NCBI RefSeq assembly: GCF_009914755.1 | Contig: NC_060926.1 | Source of the DNA: the human T2T-CHM13v2.0 reference genome, Homo sapiens | Reading direction: 5' to 3' (one strand) | DNA length: 64,000 nt | Shown: positions 12,893 through 26,120 of the stretch, in pieces | How the letters are laid out: the number at the start of each line of letters is the position of its first letter | How positions within the stretch are numbered: the first letter of the stretch is position 1 | Position numbers and translations under genes: made by a program | Notes under the pieces: model-generated | Database searches by the model: none | The model's input: the letters and a program-made list of their open reading frames with translations, nothing else | What the model was told of the DNA's origin: nothing

Positions 12893-14147
12893 AGGATTCC
12901 CTATTTAAATGGTGCTGGGAAAACTGACTAGCCATATGCAGAAAACTGAAACTGGACCTCATCCTTACATCTTATGCAAAAATTAACTCAAGATGGATTA
13001 AAAACTTAAATGTGAAACCCCGAACTGTAAAAAACCCTAGAAGAAAATCTAGGAAGTTCCATTCAGGACATAGGCATGAGCAAAGATTTTACGATGAAAT
13101 CATCAATAGCAATTGCAACAAAAGCAAAAATTGATAAATGGGATCTAATTAAACGTAAGCACTTCTGCACAGGGAAAGAAACTATCATCAGAGTGAACAA
13201 GCAACCTACAGAATGGGAGAATATTTTTGCAATCTACCAATCTGACAAAGGTCTAATATCCAGAATCTACAAGGAACTTAAACAAATTTACAAGAAAATA
13301 ACAACCCCATCAAAACATGGGCAAAGGTCACGAACAGACATTCTGAAAAGAAGACATTTATGCGTCCGACAAACATATGAAAAAAAAAGCTCAACACTAG
13401 TGTTTATTAGAGAAATGCAAATCAAAACCACAATGAGATACCATCTCATGCCAGTCAGAATGGCAATTATTAAAAAGTCAAGAAACAACAGATGCTAGAG
13501 AGGCTGTGGAGAAACAGGAACACTTTTACACTGTTGGTGGGAATGTAAACTAGTTCAACCATTGTGGAAGACAGTGTGGCAATTCCTGGAGGATCTAGAA
13601 GCAGAAATACCATTTGACCCAGCAATCCCATTACTAGGTTTATATCCAAAGAAATATAAATCATTCTGTTTTAAAGATACATGCACACTTATGTTTATTG
13701 CAGCACTATTCACAATAGCAAAGACATGGAATCAGCCCAAATGTCCATCAATGATAGACTGGATAAAGAAAATGTGATACATATACACCATGGAATACTA
13801 TGCAGCCATAAAAAGGAATGAGATCATGTCTTTTGCAGGGACATGGATGAAGCTGGAAGCCATAAACTTCAGCTAATTAACACAGGAACAGGAAACCAAA
13901 CACCACATGTTCTCATAAGTGGGAACCGAACAATGAGAACACATGGACACAGGGAGGGGCAGAACACACACCGGAGCCTGTTGGGAAGGTAGGGGGAAGG
14001 AGAGCATCACGATAAATAGCTAATGCACGTGGGGCTTAATACCTAGGTGATAGGTTGATAGGTGCAGCAAACCACCATGGCACATGTTTAACTATGTAAC
14101 AAACCTGCACATCCTGTACATGTATCCTGGAACTTAAAATAAAATAG

Positions 14148-15416
14148 AAAAGACAAAGAAGGATATTACATAATGGCAAAGGCTTCAATTCAACGAGAAG
14201 ACCTAACTATCCTAAATATATATTCATCCAATGCAGGAGCACCCAGATTCATAAGTAAAGTTCTTAGAGACCTACAAAGTATGTTTCACAGTAATAGTGG
14301 GAGATTTCCACACTCCAATGACAGTATTAGACAGATGATTGAGGCAAAAAAATGAACAAAGATATTCAGGACCTGAACTCAACATTGGATCAAATGGATC
14401 TGATAGACCTTTACAGAACTCTGCACTCAAAAACAACAGAATATGCATTCCTCACATCATCATATGCCACATACTCTAAAATCAACCACATAATTGGACA
14501 TAAAGCAATCCTCAGCAAATGCAAAACAACTGAAATCATACCAAATACATACTGAGATCACAGTGCAGTAAAAATAGAAGACTAAGAAAATTGCTGAAAA
14601 TCATGCAATTACATGGAAATCAATCAACATGCTCCTGAATGACTTTTTAATAAATAATGAAATTAAGGCAGAAATCAAGAAGCTCTTTGAAAATAATGAG
14701 AACAAAGTTACAACATACTAGAGCCTCTGGACACAGCTAAGACAATGTTAGGAGGGAAATTTATAGCACTAAATCCCACATCAAAAAGTTAGGAAGAACT
14801 CAAATTAATAACCTAACATCACAACTGAAAGAACTAGAGAAGCAAGACAAAACCCCAAAGCTAGAGGAAGACAAGAAATAACTGAAAATCTGAGCTGAAC
14901 TGAAAGAAACCGAGACATGAAAAAAAGAAATTCAAAAGATCTATGAATTCCGGGTAGGTTTCTTGAAAATATTAATAAGAAAGTCTGCTAGCAGACTAAT
15001 ACAGAGGATGATTGAAAGAAACACAATTAGAAATGACAAAGGGAATGTTACCACTGACCCCACAGAAATAGAAACAGCCATCAGAAACTACTGCAAACAC
15101 TTCTATGCATACAAACTAGAAAACTTCAAAGAGATGGATAAATTCATGGAGAAATACACCCTCCCACAACTGAGCCAGGAAGAAATTGATTTGCTGTAAA
15201 CAGACCAATAACAAGCTCCGAAATTGAATCAGTAATAAATAACCTACCAACCAAAAAAAGCCCAGAACATGATGGATTCCCAGTCATATTCTACTAGAAA
15301 TACAAAGAAGAGCTGGTACCATTTTTACAGGAACTATTTGAAAATATTGAGGAGGAGGAACTCCTCCCCAACTCATTCTATGAGGCCAACATCATCTTGA
15401 TACCAAAATCTGGCAG

Positions 15417-15464
<48 letters not shown>

Positions 15465-15770
15465 TTCAGGCCAATACCCTCGATGAACATCAATGCAAAA
15501 ATCCTCAACAAAATACTGGCAAACCAAATCCAGCAGCACATCAAAAAGTTAATCCATCATGATCAAGTATGCTTCATCCCCAGGATGCAAGGTTGCCTCA
15601 ACATACACATATCAATTAATCTGATTCATCACATGAACAAAACTAAAGATAAAAACCATGTGGTTATCTCAATATAAGCAGAAAAGGCTTTCAATAAAAT
15701 TCAATGCCTCTCCATATTAAAAACTCTAAAAAATCTGGGTATTGAAGAAACATAGCTCAAAATGATGAGC
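14148..15770 (+). mobile_element. Continuation of the older L1 ORF2 (EN to RT)
   Basis: ORFs 14173-14355, 14352-14555 and 15483-15677 ([22 protein letters not shown]) are L1 ORF2 remnants. Confidence 0.92.
15419..15461. repeat. (CA)n microsatellite
   Basis: About 21 perfect AC units. Confidence 0.98.
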
Positions 15771-16480
15771 TGTTTTTGTATCAGTATCATGCTGTTTTGG
15801 TTACTGTAGCCCTGTAGTATGGTTTGAAGTTGGGTAACATGATGCCTCCAGCTTCGTTCTTTTTGCTGAGGATTGCTTGGCTATTAGGGCTCTTTTTTTT
15901 GGTTCCATATGAATTTTGAAATAGTTTGCTCTAGTTCTGTGAGGAATGCCGTTGGTAATTTAATAGGGATAACTTGCATCTGTAAATTACTTTGGGCAGT
16001 ATAGCCATTTTAATGACATTAATTCTTCCTATCCATGAGCATGACATGTTTTTCCATTTGTTTCTGTCTTCTCTGATTTCTTTGAGCAGTGTTTTGTAAT
16101 TCTTCTAGAGATCTCCTAGAGATCTTTCACCTCCCTGGTTAGCTGTATTCCTAGGTATCTTATTTTTTCTGTGTGTAGCAATTATGAATGGGATTGTGTT
16201 CTTCATTTGACTCTCTGCTTGACTTGATGTATAGGACTGCTAGTAATTTTTGCACATTGATTTTGTATGCTAAGACTTTGCTAAAGTTTATCAGCAGAAG
16301 AAGCTTTGGGGCCAAGACTATGGGGCTTTCTAGATATAGAAACATGTCATCTGTAAACAGAGACAGTTTGACTTCCTGTCTATTCCTCTCTTCCCTCCTC
16401 TGTTTGGATGCCCTTCCAGTTTTGCACATTCAGTGTAATGTTGGCTGTGGGTTTGTCATGGCTAGCTCTCATCATTTTGG
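15771..16480 (-). mobile_element. Inverted continuation of the older L1 ORF2
   Basis: The reverse strand gives [17 protein letters not shown] (ORF 16160-16429). CAAAATGATGAG is present at ~15757 and inverted at ~16468-16479. Confidence 0.9.
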
Positions 16481-16649
16481 CACTTCTGACTAGAAGGGCA
16501 AGAGGGGCCAGTGTTGTTGTTACCTGAAAGGTAAGTGCAGCCCACAAAAATGCAGTGAAGAAGAAGATGTATTATGCATATGTTTAAGTTAATACAATTG
16601 AGATATATTTAGCAGACAGAATCAATAGAGTTGATGAGTGACTGACTGG

Positions 16650-17460
16650 ATGTGTGGGGAGTTTATATCACTCCCAGGTTTTTGACTTGGGCAACCGGGC
16701 ACTCATGAAGGAAAAAGAGGATCCAGGGAGAGGAACTTTTCTGAGGACTGGGGTAGGGCTGAACAGCTGCATTCGAGGCTGGTGGAGGGTGGGCTGGGCA
16801 TGGGATGCACAAATGGAAATTCCACTGGGTCTGCAGCTCACACATAGGCATGACCAGCATAGAGATAGAGAGGCCCCAGTGCTGCTGAGTAACTGTGATT
16901 CCCCAGGTGATGGCATCAGCTGAGAAGGGAAGGAAGCCCATGAGAGGACACTGAAGAAGGAGTGAGCAGACAATAAGAAGCCCACAGAAGACAGAGAAGG
17001 AACAACTAGAGGGAGAAGCCAAGGCAGGCGTGTGTGGTAACACATAGGAACTGAGGGAGAGGACATTTCAAGATGGTGGGGATGCCATACAACAGGACTA
17101 TGTGATGATTTTTGGCTGTGTCCATAGGAAGTCACAACAGGCAAGGGAAAGAAACCAGAACCCAGTCATGGAGCTAAGAAGTGAGTCAGAGAGTAGAGGG
17201 GTAGGGACAGTGAGGTAAGTCCTCTTTCTAAGGAAGTTTGGCTGAAGGATAGACTAGCTGGACACATGCTGGCTGTGTGGGGTAGAGGGAGGAATGATGG
17301 AGGGTAGGAGAGCCTTGAGCCTGCGAGAAGAGTCTCTTAGAATAGAGAAGCTGAAGTTAAAGTTGTGGAAGAGAGTGGGGATAACTGAGTGACAGATAAT
17401 CAGGAGAAGAAAAGGAGATCCAGACTCATGACAGAGAGATGACCTTTGCCAAGAGTACAG
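16650..17460 (-). mobile_element. Probable degenerate L2 fragments
   Basis: Purine-rich decayed sequence with L2-typical tracts (CTCCCAGGTTTTTGACTTGGGCAAC; TCTTTCTAAGGAAGTTTGGCTGAAGG). Confidence 0.5.
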
Positions 17461-19859
17461 CCGTCTTTCACGGTCACAGAGAGGTAGGACAAAATGAGTG
17501 GTGTTCAAGAATTGGTTTGTAGCACAATATTTCAACTATGTCCTTTAAAAAGTTTCTCCACAGACACTACCCAAAGCAGTGCTTCACTACAGTGGCAGAC
17601 AGACCTGAAAATTTTCATCTGAAGCAGCAGAGTGAACTGCAGAGGCAGGTAATTTCTAGAAGGCTTGCTTTGTTACATTGAAACTGAAGATTATTCATGA
17701 GGCCAGTCTTCTGAGATTTCTGTCATTTCTCTCATGTCAGGTCACCAACCAGTGTGGAGGCTAAAAGCGGGCCTCTTTGGGGATTCCAGGTGGAAGTGTT
17801 GGACATCTGTAGTATTCCTGGTCTCGAATCATCCTGATATTCTTCATTTTGTTATTCACATTGGACTAGGGTGAGGAAATGAGTTCTGGTCAGAGTCAAT
17901 GTTTCCCAACAATGTTGATTTATTTGGTCCTAAATATTTAAACACATTTTATAAATAGCTTTTCCACACCACATATATAGGGAAAAACAGGGAGTTAACT
18001 TGGCCCAGCAGCACTGTTTGTGGGGCTAACACCCTGTCTGTGTATCTCACACCAACCCTAAGCTTTGTTTCTCTCCTGTCACTTTGCTCCTATTTCTTTC
18101 ATGTGAAAGAATGTTCATTTTCTTTGAAAATGAGCTCATTTCCTCATTTTCTTTCCATATTTCAGCAGGAACAAAGATCACCACAACTGGCTCGCCTTCA
18201 ACTATGTTAGATGGCAACTTGCCTTCAGTATGGTGAAACACATCAGTTAAGACCGGGGTTGTGCATGGCAGGACTTTCTACAAGGACACCCAGTCTCCTT
18301 AATAAACATGAGATGCTCTCTTTCCAGAATTTCTCTTGCCTGACACAGCATAGGAAGATGCTGAACGGCCACACAGTGATCCATTGGTCAGTGGTGACAT
18401 AAGGAGGTCAGAGGGGAGGAGTGAGGAGAAGTAGGGAAGACTAGGTGGTTGTAGGCCTCCTTCATCTGTTCATTGGCTGTGGCATTAGGCCAGCTACTCT
18501 TTGCACTTCTGTAAAGTGAGACGGTCGATCTTGTCTGCCTCTCTAGAGGATGGTTGCAGGTGTCAAATGGGGTAGTTAGGTGGGAGGGCATTTCACAAAG
18601 TTAAAAAATATGACTTTGGAGGCTTGTTATATTGATGAGGATTATAATCCCTGAGAATTCCTGGTATGAAGAAGGGAAAAGAAGATAATTTGTGAAAGAA
18701 ATGTGTCCAGTTACTAGTCTTTGAAAAGGGTCAGTCTGTAGCTCTTCTTAATGAGAATAGGCAGCTTTCAGTTGCTCAGGGTCAGATTTCCTTAGTGGTG
18801 TATCTAATCACAGGAAACATCGTGGTTCCCTCCAGTCTCTTTCTGGGGGACTTGGGCCCACTTCTCATTTCATTTAATTAGAGGAAATAGAACTCAAAGT
18901 ACAATTTACTGTTGTTTAACAATGCCACAAAGACATGGTTGGGAGCTATTTCTTGATTTGTGTAAAATGCTGTTTTTGTGTGCTCATAATGGTTCCAAAA
19001 ATTGGGTGCTGGCCAAAGAGAGATACTGTTACAGAAGCCAGCAAGAAGACCTCTGTTCATTCACACCCCCGGGGATATCAGGAATTGACTCCAGTGTGTG
19101 CAAATCCAGTTTGCCTATCTTCTCAAGTTAGGGTTAATTGGATAATTCTGGAGAAGTACACATTGAAAACTAGAACTAAGCCAAGCAATTAAATACGTTT
19201 CCTGCCTATTACATGCCTTGGTACTGTGCAAAAGAGCTCACAGGGCATCTGAGGAAAGATTACTAACACACACCTCAAATGACTGTGTCTGATTTCCTAG
19301 AAGGACTCAGAAAGGGAGTGATCACTGTGGATTGGACTGGATAGTGCCTCATGCTGGAGGTGGGCTTTGAGTGGAGCCGTGAAGGTCAAGAAAAAGTGAT
19401 ATAAACACTGGCTCCTTCCTTTTGAAGGGACACCACACTCTTTGGGCTTAGTGGTTATAGATGCCTTTAGCGCAGCCCAGGAGCAAGCATTTGTTGTCTA
19501 CCTACCACGTGCTTGGCTTTGGAAATGCAAATAAAAAAGGAGGTCACTATTTTATGAAAGGATGATTTTATTCTACCTGATGTAGCCAGCTGCAAGCTTC
19601 AGAAGGCAGCACATACAATAATGATGGGCTGGTGAGATGAGAGCTAATGGAGAGATGTACAAAGTGCCATGGGATCACCAAGCAGTGGTCAGGTGAAGGC
19701 ATCTGATTTTCTTTAAGATCTTGCTCAAATGTCATCTCCTCTAGAAGAAAATGTAGGGCTTCATCAGTCAGACAACATGGGGAAATTGATCTCAGTTCAA
19801 GAAACATGTATTGATTATCTAATAGGTTCAAGCAGTTGTGCACTGGGGATAGAAAAATA

Positions 19860-19897
19860 TTATCATCATCATCATCATCATCAACAACAACAACAAT
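19860..19897. repeat. Compound (CAT)n(CAA)n microsatellite
   Basis: Seen directly in the sequence. Confidence 0.95.
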
Positions 19898-19899
19898 CT

Positions 19900-20110
19900 T
19901 GCTGTATGCCAGGCACATAATTTTACATGTATTATCTCATTTAATCTCAAACAACTCTATGCTATAGGTGTTTATTATTATCCCTATTTAGATGAAACAT
20001 TTAACCTTCAGAGAATTTAAATAAGTTGCACTTGCAAGCTTAGCAGGTGAGGAATCAAATTTGGAATAGGACCTAGATCAGTGATCCCCTAGATCTACAA
20101 TCTTAACCAG
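19900..20110 (-). mobile_element. MIR
   Basis: TATGCCAGGCAC...TATTATCTCATTTAATCTC...TATTATCCCTATTTAGATGA is the MIR core in reverse. Confidence 0.75.
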
Positions 20111-21334
20111 TACCCTGTTCTCTCTGCTTAGAGAGCACCTAGAGAAAATCTGTAAGCAAATAATCACAAAACAAGGGATGACACAATATATGTAAATGTA
20201 GGATTTTACATTAAGTGGAAGAAGGAAGAAGGTCATTATTTACTTTTTCTGGGTGAGAGATGAAAACACTTCTGCAAGAGTATTTCCAATTTCACCAAAG
20301 TATGGAAAGATGTTTATCCTAATAACAATACTCAGTAATGGTATTTGATTTAATTTCAGCCTAGTACATGATTTGATTCTAAAACAACATTTCCTTAGAA
20401 TTTCAATATCTGGAATTCTATAGCTCAATGGTTTTGGTGACTATTAATATTTTATATACTTCTTTTGATAGTTTTGGGGCTAAGTGAATCAAATCTATTC
20501 ATAACTCTAAGTTTTCAAATTCTGAAATCTTTTAGAGTTGTTTAGTTAAAACTGGTTCTTTTCTTCCAGTTTGTTAGCTTACCAAATGAGCCAAAATAAA
20601 GAAAAAACAAAAATTTATTTTCAGTCTGATATAGAGAGTTATTTATAGTTACATGGTGCTATCTCTTCCTTTAAAAACATTTCTTCTTTCTTTTTTTCTC
20701 CCTCTCTCTTTTTGAGGGGATTATAAACACTGCCAGTATTTTTTGCCTAAAGGGTAAATCCTCTTAAACTCTTTTGGGATCTATATTAGGTGCCAGATGG
20801 TCATAAGAAAATTATGTGAGATACTGGTGAATAAACAAGCAAACCAGAAGCTAGGTTTTCAGAATAGATGCTAGCCAGTAGTTCACAGGCATTATCCAGC
20901 AACTGGTGGGGATCTACTTGGCCAGCCCGTGACCACTGAGATGTGAACTTCCCTGGACCTTGGCAGTCAAGAGGGAGAGAGGCAGAGAAAGCTCCATTAT
21001 CATCACTAATTCCCTTTTGACCACACGTGACAGCATGACCTGCTTCAAAGAAATAAGATAAATGGTGGTTAGGTGCCCCCACAGGCCCACAGTAGCCCAT
21101 TCAACAAAGAGCAAAAGTAAAACTACTCCTGATGGATTTAGCAACATCATAGTTCACTTGTGAGGCAACAGGCTTTTATTGCTTGCTTTGGGACTGGCTT
21201 CTTCTCATTTTCTGTAGGAAAGTGAGCCTACCTGACTTAGAAACAAAATTTTGGAACACAAACCCTTTGTAAGTTGGGAGATCCCTAAACTAAAATTTCC
21301 AGTGAGATGAAAAGCCCCTTGAGAAAGAAATTTC

Positions 21335-21448
21335 TGGCTGGGCATGGTGGCTGATACCTCTAATTCCAGCACGTTGGAAGGTTGAGGCAGGAAGATCACC
21401 TGAGGCCAGGAGTTTGAGACCAGCCTAAGCAACATAGGGAAACCCCTG
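21335..21448 (+). mobile_element. Alu left monomer/FLAM fragment
   Basis: GGCTGGGCATGGTGGCT...GAGTTTGAGACCAGCCT...AACCCCTG. Confidence 0.9.
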
Positions 21449-21712
21449 TGATATAGTTTGGATCTGTGTCCCCACCCAAATCTCATGTTGAACTGTAATC
21501 CCCAGTGTGGTAGGTGGGGTCTGGAGGGAGGTGACTGGATTAGGAGGGTGGATTTCTCATGAATGGTTTAGTACTATCTCCTTGGTACTCCTCATGATAG
21601 CAGGTGAGCTCTCACAAGATCTGGTTGTTTAAAAGTGTGTGGTATCTCCCCCCTCACTCTCTTGTTCCTGCTTTCACTGTGTGACATGCCTGCTCCCGCT
21701 TCACAATCTGCC
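21449..21712 (+). mobile_element. MaLR LTR fragment (MSTA-like)
   Basis: TGATATAGTTTGGATCTGTGTCCCCACCCAAATCTCATGTTGAACTGTAATCCCC, a typical MST LTR start. Confidence 0.85.
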
Positions 21713-22359
21713 AGTAAATTGTGGCAGGTTATGAGTGTGTGTAATTTATGAGTGCTGATAGGATGAAAGATAGAAAATGATTTTAGATAGAAAGAAAATC
21801 ATTCTGGAAGCTTTGAGTCTTCCTTTTGTAATCTATGTTGGTTCTTTTTTAACATCCCCTGTTTCAGCACTTACTGACCTGGAGTCTGTCTCACAATGAC
21901 TAAATGTAATATAAGATTCTAGGATGTACACTAGAACAGAAAATGGAAACTAAATAAAAACTGAGGAATTCTGAACAAGTATGGTCTTTAGATAATAATA
22001 ATATGACAATATTGATGCCTTAATTGTAATGAATGCACCACACTAATATAAAATTTTAGTAATAGAGAAAGCAGAGTTTGGGTACTTACCAGGAATATTA
22101 TACTATTTTCACGATGTTTCTGTAAACCTTAAAGTGTTCAAAAATTAAAATTTTATTTAAGTCAATTGCAATATATAAGATTAATTGAACCCAAATTGTG
22201 GAAAATATAACTTCTGTTATAATGTTCCTTGGAAGCTTCTAAAGACAAGGCCTTTCTTTTCTATTTTTAGTAGAAATTACACGTATTTTCAAGTCAAACT
22301 GTTAATATGTGACAATATTTGCAGTACTGAAAGCTTAATAACTTATAGATTCATGGTAA

Positions 22360-22735
<376 letters not shown>

Positions 22736-22819
22736 AAAACATGTAATCTCTTATTCAAGATTTATAATAACAGTTATGTGATACTCAGTAAGGGATGGTG
22801 ATCTACATAAAATAAAAGT

Positions 22820-23103
22820 ACAGGCACAGTGGCTTATGCCTGTAATCTCAGCATTTTGGGAGGCCAAGACACGAGGACTACTTGAGTTCAAAACCAGCTT
22901 TGTCAGCATAGTGAGACCTCATCTCTACAAAAATATCAAAAACATTAGCTGGGGGTGGTGTCACACACTGGTAGTCCCAGATATTTGGGAGGATGAGGTA
23001 GGAGGATCCCACCTGAGCCTGGAAGACAAAGGCCACTGCACTTCAGCCTGGGTGACAAAGTAGGATCCTATCTCAAAATAGATAGATAGATAAATAGATA
23101 GAT
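22820..23103 (+). mobile_element. Old Alu (AluJ-like) with a (TAGA)n tail
   Basis: Diverged Alu dimer followed by GATA/TAGA repeats. Confidence 0.88.
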
Positions 23104-23581
23104 CAATGTTATTTATCTCAATATTTGAAAGAAAAGTTGAAAAACCTCCGAGCTCAACTAAGAATCAGTTTCTAGAATAAACAGAAGTATAAATCATTAT
23201 ACCTCTTTACTTTAAAAATATTACAGACATTATAAGTATTTTAATAACAAAAAATCAAATACTTTATATATGCTTTGTAATCTGTCCTTTACAAAATCAT
23301 TTAACCTTTATGACAGGAGCTACTATGGTGCTCATTCCACAGATGAGGTGCTGAGGTTTAGTGAACTGAATAGCTTGTTCACAGACAGCTGGAGACAGAG
23401 ACTCAGTTTGCCCATACAAAGATAATTTTAACCAATAGCATTTTACAATAGAATATCATAATGCCTATGAATTCTAAAAACATTTTATTCAAATCTCTCT
23501 TTTAATATTAGCACCTCTTCAACCTCTTCTTGACTCTACCACCAAAATTATCTTCCTAATCTCTCTTACCCTGTAAATTTC

Positions 23582-23630
23582 TGTGTGTGTGTGAGTGTGT
23601 GTGTGTGTGTGTGAGAGAGAGATAGAGACA
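23582..23630. repeat. (TG)n(GA)n microsatellite
   Basis: Seen directly in the sequence. Confidence 0.95.
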
Positions 23631-24361
23631 GGGAAAGAGTGGATTTACCAAAAAATAAGATAGGAAGGTTGTCATAACATCTTCCCTTTTATTTCTCAAT
23701 TCTGAAGTCCCCATTTTCATCCCTGGGAGAGTTGTTCTAGGATAGGGTAGCTAAAGGAACAGAGAAAATCAGAGTAATGGAATTAGCTAAAAGGGAAAGT
23801 GGCGACCTGAAGACCAAACACTAAAGAAGGGGCCAGTGAATGGCAAAGAAAGTGGAGAGCAAAACATGCAGGTAGATAGGGTCCTAGTTAATGAAGGCTC
23901 AGAGGCTGGAGGGTAAACCCATGCAAGGGTAAAGTTTAATACAGTGAAAATATAAGTAAGATGGGAGACCTACCACAGAGAACCAACACTTGGCATGTTT
24001 CTGATGACAGTGTTTAGATTGCAGTGGTTCTAAAAATTAAGTGATTTTGGAATTGGCATTCCATGTGACTTTAAAAGATAAATGATAAAGTAAATGTTTT
24101 ATTCAGCTCTCTCTCTCCCTCCCCACCCACCTTCTTCCCTCCATTCTTCTGTTTTTAATGGGGATGTTTAAAATCCAATCTCACATTAATTTTTTCTTAA
24201 GTGTAAATAATGGGAAAACTTCACTTCGAGAGGGGACTCCTCAGTAGACCTCCATAATTTCCTGGCTTTTACTGCCAGTTAGTCATCAGGAATAGCCACG
24301 GCTAAGAGAGTACCAACTGGGCAAGCCAGTGAATTATACCAGTGCATCTCAGATTTACTGA

Positions 24362-24481
24362 TTTGTTTAACTTTTGTTTTTTGTTCTTTTTTTTTTTCAG
24401 AGATAGAATCTCACTATGTTGACCAGGCTGGTCTTGAACTCTTGGCACCCAAGCGATCCTTTTGCCTGGAATCCCAAAGTG
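24362..24481 (-). mobile_element. 5'-truncated Alu monomer (FLAM-like) with a perfect 13-bp TSD
   Basis: TCAGATTTACTGA at 24349-24361 and 24482-24494 flanks a T-rich tail plus Alu left-arm sequence. Confidence 0.9.
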
Positions 24482-25371
24482 TCAGATTTACTGAAGAATA
24501 TTTCATTGTAATTACTTTTTATACTTTATAGGTCAAGAGCTCTGTTTTAAATACAAAATTTATTGAATATACTTTTTCAAACAAAGTTTCATGTTCTAAT
24601 CATTGTCTGATTTCAGCATTAAATGAAACACAGTAAAGAAAGTTGGGCTGATGTTGTTGTTGGTGGTTGTTTTTGTATTCTGATTACAGAACTGTATTTT
24701 GAGTGGGCTGAACATAGAGTAAATGCATCCTCAGCTGCTGGTCTAGACACTTTTTTTCCATGAGTGAAACTGCACATTGGGGATGGTGGGTCGGGGCTGT
24801 GAGTCCAGAGAGTTAAGCAGTAACCCCAAAGATTTTAACTGGGATCCAGAACAGTTTTATCATCGCTCTTCTTTATGTCTATATTTATCTTTAGTAATTG
24901 TACCATATGCTGCATTTTCCACTGGTTACATAGGTAAGCCTAGTCCTCCCCACAACATTCTTATACCAATGATGGTGACAATATGCTGTATTTCTTTTGT
25001 ATCAACTCCTTACTTACTGTAGCTACTCAAATTGTACTAAGACCACTGGTACTAATCTGCAAACTAATTTTGAAGTACCTGGAAGTACAGATTTGAAAAC
25101 CTTTTATAGCAATCTGACATTGCCACAATATTTTACATTTTACAAAAAATAAAAGTCTTTCACTCTGGGTAGTTTGAAAAGCACCACTGCAGAGAAAATA
25201 GTTGACACTTCACAAATGCTTATTTGATTTTCCTGAAGGTGATAAGTAAATTAGATATTCTATAATGTGTTATCTTTAACACAAAAATTATAGTAACTAT
25301 TTAAACAATTAAATAACAGAAATTCAGATTCATGGTAAAATCAAAGAATATAAACTAAAAATTCCCTATAT

Positions 25372-26120
25372 TTTCTATATTTTCTGAGAAAATATAGAAA
25401 TAAATATATTTTCTGAGAAAATATAGAAATAAATATATTTTCTGAGAAAATATAGAAATAAATATATTTTCTGAGAAAATATAGAAATAAATATATTTTC
25501 TGAGAAAATATAGAAATAAATATATTTTCTGAGAAAATATAGAAATAAATATATTTTCTGAGAAAATATAGAAATAAATATATTTTCTGAGAAAATATAG
25601 AAATAAATATATTTTCTGAGAAAATATAGAAATAAATATATTTTCTGAGAAAATATAGAAATAAATATATTTTCTGAGAAAATATAGAAATAAATATATT
25701 TTCTGAGAAAATATAGAAATAAATATATTTTCTGAGAAAATATAGAAATAAATATATTTTCTGAGAAAATATAGAAATAAATATATTTTCTGAGAAAATA
25801 TAGAAATAAATATATTTTCTGAGAAAATATAGAAATAAATATATTTTCTGAGAAAATATAGAAATAAATATATTTTCTGAGAAAATATAGAAATAAATAT
25901 ATTTTCTGAGAAAATATAGAAATAAATATATTTTCTGAGAAAATATAGAAATAAATATATTTTCTGAGAAAATATAGAAATAAATATATTTTCTGAGAAA
26001 ATATAGAAATAAATATATTTTCTGAGAAAATATAGAAATAAATATATTTTCTGAGAAAATTAAATTAAATAAATATATTTTCTGAGAAAATATAAATAAA
26101 ATTTCCCTATATTTTCTGAG
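25372..26120. repeat. AT-rich 29-bp minisatellite, ~25 copies, palindromic unit
   Basis: The unit TTTCTGAGAAAATATAGAAATAAATATAT is perfectly repeated from 25381 to ~26060, then degenerates. Confidence 0.98.

Noticed and set aside
18145-18240. Possible plus-strand exon after a TTTCAGCAG tandem acceptor
   Set aside because: The acceptor is good, but there is no recognisable peptide or partner exon, so I cannot support it.
19729-19920. His/Gln-rich ORF (and the poly-Asp ORF on the other strand)
   Set aside because: These are translations of a (CAT)n(CAA)n microsatellite running into a MIR.
25372-26120. CRISPR array (29-bp palindromic repeat)
   Set aside because: The units are head-to-tail with no spacers.
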